Both the position numbers and the translations under genes were made by a program. Below, one piece after another: positions 17,096 to 25,385 of a stretch of DNA of 64,000 bases (positions are counted from its first letter, which is position 1; every line of letters starts with the position of its first letter). Source of the DNA: Luteolibacter sp. (GTDB taxonomy: Bacteria > Verrucomicrobiota > Verrucomicrobiia > Verrucomicrobiales > Akkermansiaceae); NCBI GenBank assembly GCA_041686775.1, contig JAWLDG010000013.1, positions 20,612 through 84,611 on the forward strand. The letters run 5' to 3'. The notes under the pieces were generated by a model that saw only the letters and a list, made by a program, of their open reading frames with translations, did no database searches and had not been told where the DNA came from.

Positions 17096-19087
17096 TCAGC
17101 GGGCCGAGCGGAGGTGGATGATGGATTCTGTTAGGAGGAAGGCGAGGGCGAGGAGGGCGAGCCATGGCCAGAGCGGGATGCCGTTGGCGAGCGCGGCCTT
17201 GCGGACGAGCGTGTCCGCGCCGGAATCGATGCGGCCGATGGCCGGGACTTCGGCGACCGTGCGGAGATCGGATTCGATTTCCGGGAAATTGACCGGGCTG
17301 GCGGCGAGTGTCTGGCCGGAGGAAATCCAGCGGTGGATTCCAGGCCGGGCCGGTCCGGGCCACGACCAGGTGGTTCCTCCGGCATCGTGCGATTCGGTTA
17401 GATCGAGCGGTTTTCCATCTGGATCGTCGAGACGGATGGTGGCAGCGAGGTCGGGGTTGGCGGACGACCATGACAGGGCGCTTCCGGATGGAACTTCCAT
17501 CGCATCATTGCCTGCGCGCGGTCTGAGGTGCAGCAGGATTTCCGCGATGGCGGGCAGGAAATTCCCCTGCATCGGCCAATCGGTCTGCGCCGGATTGAGC
17601 GGCAGGTTCCACAGCACGACCGGCGCGCCGTCGGTGAGGAATTCGAGAATCGCCGGGACGCGGTCGGCATACCAGGCAATGGCGCGTCCCGCGGTTGCGG
17701 CGGGCATGGCGATGCGCTCGCGGAAGGTTCCCGCGAAGGGATTGCCGAAATCCCCGCCGCGGAACAACGCAATGGACGGGTGGTTTTCCTCGGGGAGCAC
17801 GTTCCAGCCGTCGGCGCGGGTTTCGCGGGCGAAGGATGCGGGCAACTGGTTTTCCGGACTTCCCGTCAACTCCGCCAGCGCGGCCGGCGGACATCCGGGC
17901 GTGGGACAAACGATGACCGTGGCCCCGGCGGCGCTGAGCGAGCGGAGTTCTCCGGCGTTCTTCCCGTCCCATGCGGCGATGAACCGGTAGTCCGGTGCGC
18001 GTCCTCCGCTCTCCGCGGAGGTGCTTTCGAGCCATGGCAAGGCGGCGGCCAGTTTGCCTAACAACTCCGCCGCGGGCTCCGCGCCGCCGGTATCGATCGC
18101 CAGTCGCAGCGACTCGCGCACCGACACCACCGTGTGACGCGCGTCGTCGTCCGGAAAGGCGTCTGCCTCGGTGGCAATGGTGACCGGCAGCGGCCCCGCG
18201 CCGGCGGCGCGCAGCGGGAATGCGATTTCCGTTTCTCCCCAGGCGGGGATTTCGGCGGCCTGCGTCTGGCGCGCGCCATCGGCATCCATGGTGAGATTCG
18301 CGCGCACGGCTTCCGGCGAGAAATTCCGGACGCGGGCGAGCAGGGTGATTTCCTGACCCACCACCGGAGCGGACGGCTGGGCGAGCAGGCCGGTGACCGC
18401 CACGTTGGCCGGCGCGGAGGAGGCGACCTGTTGGGCGTGCACATTGACATCGGGCGGCATCTGGATTTCCAGATCGCGCCAGGCGGATTGCTGGAAATCG
18501 GATAGAATCACCAGCTCGCGGCGACCGCGCGCGGCGGCGAGTTGGCGCAGTGCCGCATCGATCGCCGGGCTGGCCGGGCCGGGCTCGGGCACCGGCCGAG
18601 CTTCGTCGAGTTTTTCCAACAGGAAGGAAATGTTAGGGCTCGGCTCGGGAAACACGGCGTCAGGGGAGGCATCGATCCAGATCAGGTTGGCGGTCGTCGG
18701 ATTGAGCGATTCGAGGTATTCCGCGGCACGGGCCTGTGCCACATCGAAGCGGCTGCCCGCCCCCTCGCGCGCGGCCATCGAGGCCGAGCGGTCGATCAAC
18801 ACCACCACCGCCACGTCCTCGCCGGGCAGCGCCGCCGATTTGGAAATGACCACCGGCGCGATGAATGCCCCGGCAAGCGCGAGCAACGCCAGGGTGCGCA
18901 GGATCAACAACCAGCGGTCCCGCGGCCGCCGCACCCGCGCCGACGAACGCATGACTCTCCGCAGGAACTCGATGTTGGAAAACCGATAGACCGGTGGTCG
19001 CGCCCGCGAGATCAAATGCACCAGCAAAGGCACACCGGCCAATCCGAGCAGGCCGATCAATGCGGGGTGTTGGAGGAGGAAGGTCAT
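17096..19087 (-). CDS. BatA-domain (N-terminal double-TM) / VWA protein
   Basis: ORF 17096..19108. I prefer the ATG at 19087 (MTFLLQHPALIGLLGLAGVPLLVHLI is a typical BatA N-terminus). The first 7 codons of the longer ORF lie inside an intergenic tandem repeat. VWA MIDAS segment VVVLIDRSASM. Confidence 0.8.
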   Translation of the reverse strand: MTFLLQHPALIGLLGLAGVPLLVHLISRARPPVYRFSNIEFLRRVMRSSARVRRPRDRWLLILRTLALLALAGAFIAPVVISKSAALPGEDVAVVVLIDRSASMAAREGAGSRFDVAQARAAEYLESLNPTTANLIWIDASPDAVFPEPSPNISFLLEKLDEARPVPEPGPASPAIDAALRQLAAARGRRELVILSDFQQSAWRDLEIQMPPDVNVHAQQVASSAPANVAVTGLLAQPSAPVVGQEITLLARVRNFSPEAVRANLTMDADGARQTQAAEIPAWGETEIAFPLRAAGAGPLPVTIATEADAFPDDDARHTVVSVRESLRLAIDTGGAEPAAELLGKLAAALPWLESTSAESGGRAPDYRFIAAWDGKNAGELRSLSAAGATVIVCPTPGCPPAALAELTGSPENQLPASFARETRADGWNVLPEENHPSIALFRGGDFGNPFAGTFRERIAMPAATAGRAIAWYADRVPAILEFLTDGAPVVLWNLPLNPAQTDWPMQGNFLPAIAEILLHLRPRAGNDAMEVPSGSALSWSSANPDLAATIRLDDPDGKPLDLTESHDAGGTTWSWPGPARPGIHRWISSGQTLAASPVNFPEIESDLRTVAEVPAIGRIDSGADTLVRKAALANGIPLWPWLALLALAFLLTESIIHLRSAR

Positions 19088-19104
19088 GGTGGATTGAACA
19101 TCGA

Positions 19105-19128
19105 ACATCGAACGTCCAACATCGAACG
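19105..19128 (-). repeat. 24-nt element GTTCGATGTTGGACGTTCGATGTT (copy 1), part of a longer TTCGATGTT tandem tract at 19096-19132
   Basis: The reverse complement of 19105-19128 matches 62237-62260 at 23 of 24 positions. It lies 18-41 nt upstream of the BatA-like start (19087) in sense orientation. Confidence 0.8.
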
Positions 19129-19174
19129 TCGAAGTGGAAGAAGTGCGTCAGTGAAGGAAGTGCATGGTAACGAA

Positions 19175-19195
19175 TGTAGCGGCGGTCTATGACCG
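19175..19195 (+). repeat. 21-nt exact repeat TGTAGCGGCGGTCTATGACCG (copy 1), small palindromic REP-like unit
   Basis: Identical to 63707-63727. It contains the imperfect hairpin CGGCGGTC-TAT-GACCGTCG. Confidence 0.8.
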
Positions 19196-19358
19196 TCGGG
19201 TCGGTGGTCAGCGGTCAGCGGTCATATCGTATATTTGAAATATGCGATATGTTCATGGTTCGATGATATGGATTGGCGTGTAGTGAATGCGACTGGTTCT
19301 GTTGGGAAATCATGGTGCATGTTTGGCAACTAATGACAGATGACCGTTGACTGCTGAC

Positions 19359-20231
19359 TCATTCCCTAAGCCTGTCAAAGAGCGAGAAATACGATTCACC
19401 GGTGGAGGCGAGGGCGTAGTCGGCGTTGCGGGAGGTGGCGAGGGAGCGGAGGGCGCGGGAGTGGGTGAGGAGTTCGCGGTTCCAGGCGTCGCGGATGGTT
19501 TGCGGGTGGGCGGTCAGTTGGTGGCCGGTTTCCATGTCGGTGAAGCGCGAGAGGCCGCGGTCTTCGAGTTGGATTTCGGCGGGGTCGAGGATGTGGAAGA
19601 GGTGGATGCGGAAGCCGCGGTGCAGATAGGGGTTGAGCGAGCGGAAGAGGGCGGCGGGGTCGTCGAAGAAATCGGACAGGATGACGAGCGTGCCCTTGCG
19701 GCGCAGCAGCGGCTGGGCGCGGGCGAGGGTATCGACGATCGATGTGCCGGAGCCGGGCTGGTTGTTCTCGAGCGTGTTGAGCAGGTCGTTGAGGTGCTGG
19801 CGGGTCGAGGCGGGCGGCACGAAACGGCGGATGCCCTGGTCGAAGAGCGTGAGCGAAACGCGGTCGTTGCGCGAGACGACCCACCAGGCGAGCGCGGCGG
19901 AGAAGAACGAGGCGTATTCGAGCTTGTTGAGCCTGCTGTCATTTCCGCAGAAACCCATCGACGCCGAGCAATCGAGGAAGATATGGCATTCCAGGTTGGT
20001 TTCCTGCTCGAAGGTGCGGAGGAACAACTTGTCGTTGCGCGCGAACACCCGCCAATCGACGCGCGCGGGGTCGTCACCGGGGACGTATTGGCGGAACTCG
20101 TGGAACTCGATCGACGACCCGCGTTGGTGCGAGCGGTGGCGGCCGGCCAGATAGCCCTCGACCATCGCCTTGGCTCCGAACTCATAGTTCTTGAGCCGGC
20201 GGATATCGGCGGGATCGAGGAAGCGGGGCAT
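19359..20231 (-). CDS. DUF58 domain protein (MoxR partner)
   Basis: ORF 19359..20231. Canonical DUF58 motifs: GRHRSHQRGSSIEFHEFRQYVPGDDPARVDWRVFAR and FLDCSASM. Confidence 0.9.
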   Translation of the reverse strand: MPRFLDPADIRRLKNYEFGAKAMVEGYLAGRHRSHQRGSSIEFHEFRQYVPGDDPARVDWRVFARNDKLFLRTFEQETNLECHIFLDCSASMGFCGNDSRLNKLEYASFFSAALAWWVVSRNDRVSLTLFDQGIRRFVPPASTRQHLNDLLNTLENNQPGSGTSIVDTLARAQPLLRRKGTLVILSDFFDDPAALFRSLNPYLHRGFRIHLFHILDPAEIQLEDRGLSRFTDMETGHQLTAHPQTIRDAWNRELLTHSRALRSLATSRNADYALASTGESYFSLFDRLRE

Positions 20232-20342
20232 GGGAAGAAGTGAAAAGTGATCTGTGATCGGTGATCAGTTTGCGGTAGGGCCTCGCCGCGCCGACTTGTC
20301 GCCAACGGCGTGAGGTGTGAATGAGGAGTTCGTCAGTGATGG

Positions 20343-21329
20343 TTAGTTAATGGAATCGACGAGTTTGGCGATGATCTGGTCGGTGGTGATGCCTTCGCCG
20401 GTGGCGTTGTAGTTGCCGATGATGCGGTGGCGGAGCACGGGCAGGGCGACGTCGCGGACTTCCTCGACGGAGGCGTTCGGGTTGCCGCGCAGCAGGGCGA
20501 GCGCGCGGGCGGCGCGGGCGAGGCATTGCGACGCGCGCGGTCCCGCGCCGTAGGCGATGTATTGTTTCACCTCCTCGGTCGCGTGCGGCGAGTCGGGGCG
20601 GGTGGAGTGGACGAGTTTGAGGATCGACTGGATCACGGAGTCGGGCAGGGGGACGTCGATGGCGGCTTCCTGCAAGGCGATGACACGCCGGGCGTCTAAC
20701 AGAGTCTCAGCCTGTGGCGCGGTGTGACCGGTGGTGCGCTTGATGATCTCGGCCTCCTCGTCCATGCCGGGATAGCCGATGTTGAGTTGGAAGAAGAAGC
20801 GGTCGAGCTGCGCCTCAGGCAGCGGATAGGTGCCTTCGTGCTCGATCGGGTTCTGGGTGGCGAAAACGATGAACGGTTCTTCCAATCGCCGTGTCTGGCC
20901 GTTCACGGTGACTTGTTTTTCCTGCATCGCCTCCAGCAGCGCGGCCTGGGTTTTCGGCGGCGTGCGGTTGATTTCATCGGCGAGGATCAGATTGGCGAAA
21001 ACCGGTCCCGGCACGAACTGGAAGTTGCGTTCGCCGGAACCGCCGGTCTGTAAAATTTCCGAGCCGACGATGTCGGTGGGCATCAGGTCCGGAGTGAACT
21101 GGATGCGCTGGAATTTCAGGCCGAGGATGCGGCCGAGCGTGGCGACGAGCAGTGTTTTGGCGAGCCCCGGCACGCCGACGATGAGGCAGTGGCCGCGGCA
21201 GACGAGCGAGGTGAGGAGCTGCTCGACGATTTCCTCCTGGCCGACGATCACGCGCGCGGTCTCGCGGCGGATGTTGGTGACGGTTTGCTGGATTTCCTCC
21301 CACTGCTGGGCGGCGTTGGTATCGGACAT
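20343..21329 (-). CDS. MoxR-family AAA+ ATPase
   Basis: ORF 20343..21590. The true start is the ATG at 21329 (MSDTNAAQQWEEIQ...). Walker A GVPGLAKT, MoxR-typical IQFTPDLMPTDIVG, and Walker B ILADEINR. Confidence 0.92.
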   Translation of the reverse strand: MSDTNAAQQWEEIQQTVTNIRRETARVIVGQEEIVEQLLTSLVCRGHCLIVGVPGLAKTLLVATLGRILGLKFQRIQFTPDLMPTDIVGSEILQTGGSGERNFQFVPGPVFANLILADEINRTPPKTQAALLEAMQEKQVTVNGQTRRLEEPFIVFATQNPIEHEGTYPLPEAQLDRFFFQLNIGYPGMDEEAEIIKRTTGHTAPQAETLLDARRVIALQEAAIDVPLPDSVIQSILKLVHSTRPDSPHATEEVKQYIAYGAGPRASQCLARAARALALLRGNPNASVEEVRDVALPVLRHRIIGNYNATGEGITTDQIIAKLVDSIN

Positions 21330-21330
21330 G

Positions 21331-24243
21331 TTATTCGTGGTTGGGATTGAAAATGGCGGCGTGCTCGCGGGCGAGGCACTCGATTCGGAGATAGAAGGTT
21401 TTGGATTCGGCGGAGGGAAGGAAATCATCCAGCAGGGCTTTGAATTCGTCCGGATTTTCCTCGATGCCCCACATGGAGATTTCCACATCTTCGGCAGGAG
21501 CCACCAATTTGCCATCGCGCAGCCACAAGGTGGAGGATTTGCCGCCTTGGCCGTCGGTGGCGATGAGCGCGATGACGCCTTGGATGTCACTGTGCTCGGT
21601 CATCGTCTGGGCGTGGCGTTGGAAGACGGAATCCATGATTCGGCGCCGCGGGTCCATGTCGCTCCCGTGCTTTTCGCCATCGGCGTCTTCCGTATTTTCC
21701 GCGGTGGGCGGTTCCATCCGATGGGCGAGGATTTCCATACCCGGGCCGAGCGCGGATTTCTGGATCGCGACCAGGACCGGGGAATGGGTGGCGATGTCGC
21801 CGGCGAGCGACTGCAAATGGGTTTTGAGGTTCTCGGAATCGATGGTGAATCCGGTGTCGATTCCGAACACGCCGGGTTGATCCGTGATGCCATAAAACGA
21901 TTGGGCGGAGCGGTTGAGGATACGGTTTTTGAGCCGGAGGAATTCCGTCGGCAGCGGCGGATCGACCGGCTCCTTGAGCCATGCCATCCACTTCACACGT
22001 TCGTCTGGACTGAGTTTTCCGATGTGTGCCTGGATCTCCGAAGTGGGAAGTCGGGAGGTTTCGGCGACGATTTCCTTGAGGCGTTCGTCCGTGACACGCG
22101 AGGCGTCGGGGACGGGTGGCACTGTGGAACCGGAGATGCGTGCGGTGGCGCGGTCGTAGAGGTAATCGGCCAGCGGTTTGCCAAGGGCGGGAGCCGCTTC
22201 CTGCAGCGAAAAGGCTTCGGAACGCGAGACACTGGTTTCAAAGGCACTGGCGGCCAACTTGCCAATGGTGGGCGAGTCGCCGAGATCGAAGCGTCCGCGC
22301 AGCTTTTCGGGCACCTCGCGGTCGTCCGCCAACAGCTTGCGCCAGATGATGGCTTCGGTGCCGGAAATCGCGCGCGGCGGGGAAGGGGCGGTTTCCTCAT
22401 CCTCGCCCGATTCCGTTGTGTCCGCTTCCTCATCCTGCGGCCATTCGATGTTATATGTGGCGGCGATGAACAGGCAGCGCACGGCGGGATCGACGGTGGT
22501 GTTGGCTCCTTCCAGATAAATTTCGAGTTGTTTGGGTGCTTCCTGTGTTTCGATCAATGCGGCAAGTCCCTGGATGCCGGCTTCGGCTTCATCCGGTTCG
22601 CCGCGGGCGATGTTGCGGGCGATCGAGCGCGGCGACTCGGGGCTGGCGAGCGATTGCAGCGACTTGAGCATCTTGTCGATGCCGCCGGCCTGGCGGATTT
22701 CCCATGAGCGCTCGATGTCGTCGCCGGCCAGTTCGGCGTATTCGCGGACGCGTTTGGCATAGGAATCGTAGAACGCCTTTCCCTCGGCGCGGCGCTGGCG
22801 CAGGTAGATGGTGACTGGCTGGATGAAATTGAGCGGGTTCTCCGCCGCCAGCACGTGTTTCTCGAACATCGCGCGGGCCTCGGGCGAGGTGGATGACGCG
22901 AGGCGGACGGCGACTTGCGAGGCTTGTTGGGCCGATCCCTGGCTCATGAAAACCAGCAGGAGATCGTCGCGGCTTTTGTCCCTGTTCTGTTTCCAGAAAT
23001 CCATGGCGAGCGAACGCAGGCTGGTGGCATCGGCTTCGTCGAGCTGGTCGTCCGGGTCCGGCAGGGTGGCGGCGAGCAACTGGCAGGCGAGTTCTCCCCG
23101 GGTGGCGGGACGCGGCATCTGATGGTAGGCCCGCAGGATGAGCTCCTCCTCGGATTGGCGCGACGAGTAGTAAACGTGTCCGCCCCTGTTCTGATAGGAA
23201 AGCACCGTCAAAAACGAATCGTCGGCCAAGGCGGCGAGCACGGGCAGGGCATCCATGCCGCATTCAAGCAAAGTGGCGTGGACTCCCTGAAGCGGCTGTT
23301 CCGGATCGCCACCGCCCAACAGCCAGAGGTCGGGAATGTAGGAGCCGGAACTCATATGATAATGCCGCATGTCCGGACGGCCCCGGCGGGGCTGGTTATC
23401 CTGCGGTTTCTGCCAGGTTGTGACGGCGGCGAGCGCGTCCGGGTCGAGCGTCACACCCTCGATCTCCGGCTCCGGCAGTGGCTCGCCTGCGGCCTGTTTG
23501 GCGAGTTGCGGCATCAACATGGCAAGCGCCTGGCCCTCGCGCCAGCCGCGCGGGAAGCGCTGGTTCAGCTCGCCGATCGCCTCGTGCAGTGCGGCGAAGT
23601 CGGGCTTTTCGAAAAAGTCAGCGATCGCTTTGCGATAGGCCGACGAGGCGATCGTGCCGACGGCGGAATCCACCACGCCCTCCGCGTCTGGTGCCAGGGC
23701 GAACACGGTGGTGGCCAGGCGATTGGCGAGGTCGGTTTTTCCGGCCTGATGAATCTGCGCCGCGAAGACCAGCAGGTTGCCGCTGTTCGGATTCTGGAAA
23801 CCGGACGACATCTCATTGCGGAACAGGCTCTCCACCTCGTCCGTCTTCTCGCGCAGGGCGGCGATCAGGGCATCGACGTCTTTTTCGAGATCCGCATCGG
23901 TTTTCGGTATTTGAGAGGCGGCGGATTCAACCGGCTCCACCCCGCCCATCGGCAGCACCGATGCCTTGTCGTCTTCTTCGTTCGCCGGGATCGCCCATGC
24001 GCCGCCATCCATGCCTTTGGTCAGCTCGCGCAGATAGTAGTGCCGGTATTGCGAGGAGTTGCCGTGCCTCACCCAGCGGGCGCCTTTTCCCATTTCCGGC
24101 AGACCGAGCTTGATCAGGCGCTCGAAGCCATCGGAGAAGTCCGGAGGTGATTGGTCGGGAGCGCTTTCCGCCGCCCCTTGCGCGACTGCCAGCCACGAAG
24201 CCGCGGATATTGCCAGAAATCGCAAGCCGATCCGACCGTGCAT
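21331..24243 (-). CDS. 970-aa secreted hypothetical protein, first gene of the MoxR cluster
   Basis: ORF 21331..24243. Signal peptide MHGRIGLRFLAISAASWLAVAQGAAE. Its stop TAA (21333-21331) is one nucleotide from the MoxR ATG (21329). I recognise no domain signature. It looks mostly helical and acidic. Confidence 0.7.
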   Translation of the reverse strand: MHGRIGLRFLAISAASWLAVAQGAAESAPDQSPPDFSDGFERLIKLGLPEMGKGARWVRHGNSSQYRHYYLRELTKGMDGGAWAIPANEEDDKASVLPMGGVEPVESAASQIPKTDADLEKDVDALIAALREKTDEVESLFRNEMSSGFQNPNSGNLLVFAAQIHQAGKTDLANRLATTVFALAPDAEGVVDSAVGTIASSAYRKAIADFFEKPDFAALHEAIGELNQRFPRGWREGQALAMLMPQLAKQAAGEPLPEPEIEGVTLDPDALAAVTTWQKPQDNQPRRGRPDMRHYHMSSGSYIPDLWLLGGGDPEQPLQGVHATLLECGMDALPVLAALADDSFLTVLSYQNRGGHVYYSSRQSEEELILRAYHQMPRPATRGELACQLLAATLPDPDDQLDEADATSLRSLAMDFWKQNRDKSRDDLLLVFMSQGSAQQASQVAVRLASSTSPEARAMFEKHVLAAENPLNFIQPVTIYLRQRRAEGKAFYDSYAKRVREYAELAGDDIERSWEIRQAGGIDKMLKSLQSLASPESPRSIARNIARGEPDEAEAGIQGLAALIETQEAPKQLEIYLEGANTTVDPAVRCLFIAATYNIEWPQDEEADTTESGEDEETAPSPPRAISGTEAIIWRKLLADDREVPEKLRGRFDLGDSPTIGKLAASAFETSVSRSEAFSLQEAAPALGKPLADYLYDRATARISGSTVPPVPDASRVTDERLKEIVAETSRLPTSEIQAHIGKLSPDERVKWMAWLKEPVDPPLPTEFLRLKNRILNRSAQSFYGITDQPGVFGIDTGFTIDSENLKTHLQSLAGDIATHSPVLVAIQKSALGPGMEILAHRMEPPTAENTEDADGEKHGSDMDPRRRIMDSVFQRHAQTMTEHSDIQGVIALIATDGQGGKSSTLWLRDGKLVAPAEDVEISMWGIEENPDEFKALLDDFLPSAESKTFYLRIECLAREHAAIFNPNHE

Positions 24244-24280
24244 GGGGTCGATCCCTAGCAGCCGCCATCTATCGGGTGAA

Positions 24281-24305
24281 GCCGCGATTTTTAAAAATTC
24301 GCGGC
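24281..24305. promoter_or_regulatory. Near-perfect palindrome GCCGCGA-TTTTTAAAAAT-TCGCGGC
   Basis: A 7-bp GC arm on each side of an AT core, 38-62 nt upstream of the 970-aa gene start codon on the minus strand. Confidence 0.35.
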
Positions 24306-24490
24306 TCTTATGGCCAAGCTGGAAGCAGATCGCGACTGGTGCCTGTCATCCGGCTCGGGACGCGCATGACTCAGCGTATGGGCCGGGTGGCCGACCGTTT
24401 GTGAATAACTTGGCGAAAACTTCCAAAAGGTCTGTTTTTCAAGTGTTTCGTCGCTGATTTCGAAAATGGATCGAGTCATCAAATCTGAAA

Positions 24491-24508
24491 TTCAATCGGC
24501 CGATTGAA
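24491..24508. promoter_or_regulatory. Perfect 18-bp palindrome TTCAATCGGCCGATTGAA (candidate operator)
   Basis: Read directly from the sequence. It lies in the AT-rich 660-bp divergent region between the MoxR-cluster start (24243, -) and the 24904 (+) gene. Confidence 0.4.
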
Positions 24509-24903
24509 AATAATCAAAATCATGCTCCGATGTGTGTCAGGGAGTGCTGCTTGTCGGTGAAAGCAAATCACAAATTACTGAATAAGTGATATTTGCAGAC
24601 AAATTTACACTTTTTGATGATATTGTGATTTTGATGGCGGGTAGATCGTGCCTGCTATCCTGGTAAGCGGATCGCCCATGCATGAGCGGCTGAATGCGGT
24701 GATTTTGCCACCGGATGTGGGGCAGTCGTACGATTGTGAACAACTTGCGAAAATTGTGCTGAGGCGGGTGTTTTGGCGGGTGTGGCCATTGATTTTCAAC
24801 TGTCAGGCATTTCGGCTTTACGGGACGGGCGCAAGCGGGCAGAGACATGCCGCGTCCCGTGCCGGTCGGCACGGGCGAAACACACATCCCATCACGACCC
24901 ATC

Positions 24904-25335
24904 ATGGACATTCAGATTGCGACACTTTGCGACCACGCGGCCGACTACAATGGCAAGCTGGTCATCACCGGCACCTTCGACACCTTGGCCGCCCGCGCGC
25001 TACCGGTGGTGCATCCGTCCTGCGCGCTGGCGCTGCGGTTTTGCTTCACGCCCGAGGACACCGGCAAACACCAGCTTTCGATCAACATCATCAACGAGGA
25101 CGGCGAGTCGCTGGATCCGAACAACATGCCGATCAAGCCGGACTTCGAGGTGAAACTCCCCGACAACGCGCCGTTCATCACCCGCAACATCATCATGAAC
25201 CTGCAGGGGCTGAAATTCCCGGCACCGGGGATTTACTCGGTGGATATCGGCTGCGACGACGAGATTCTGATCCGCCTGCCGCTGCGCATCGTCAAGGTGA
25301 CGCAGGGACCGGACGGCCAGACGAGGCTCGCCTGA
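24904..25335 (+). CDS. Hypothetical protein (143 aa)
   Basis: ORF 24847..25335. I prefer the ATG at 24904 (MDIQIATLCDHAADYNGKLVITGTFDTL...). GC-rich third codon positions and a plausible globular composition. A strong hairpin follows it. Confidence 0.6.
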   Translation: MDIQIATLCDHAADYNGKLVITGTFDTLAARALPVVHPSCALALRFCFTPEDTGKHQLSINIINEDGESLDPNNMPIKPDFEVKLPDNAPFITRNIIMNLQGLKFPAPGIYSVDIGCDDEILIRLPLRIVKVTQGPDGQTRLA

Positions 25336-25359
25336 GCTTGCGTGTCGATGGCTGTTAAC

Positions 25360-25383
25360 ATCCGGTGGCGCACGCCACCGGAT
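25360..25383. terminator. Strong hairpin between convergent genes (candidate bidirectional terminator)
   Basis: ATCCGGTGG-CGCACG-CCACCGGAT, a 9-10 bp stem, lies between the stop at 25335 (+) and the stop at 25386 (-). Only short T/A tracts flank it. Confidence 0.55.
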
Positions 25384-25385
25384 TA

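Noticed and set aside
20830-24150. Long + strand ORFs 20830..22707 (625 aa) and 22915..24150 (411 aa)
   Set aside because: They are antisense to the MoxR gene and the 970-aa gene. They have no signal, motif or sensible composition. The minus-strand genes have recognisable motifs (MoxR) or a signal peptide plus translational coupling.
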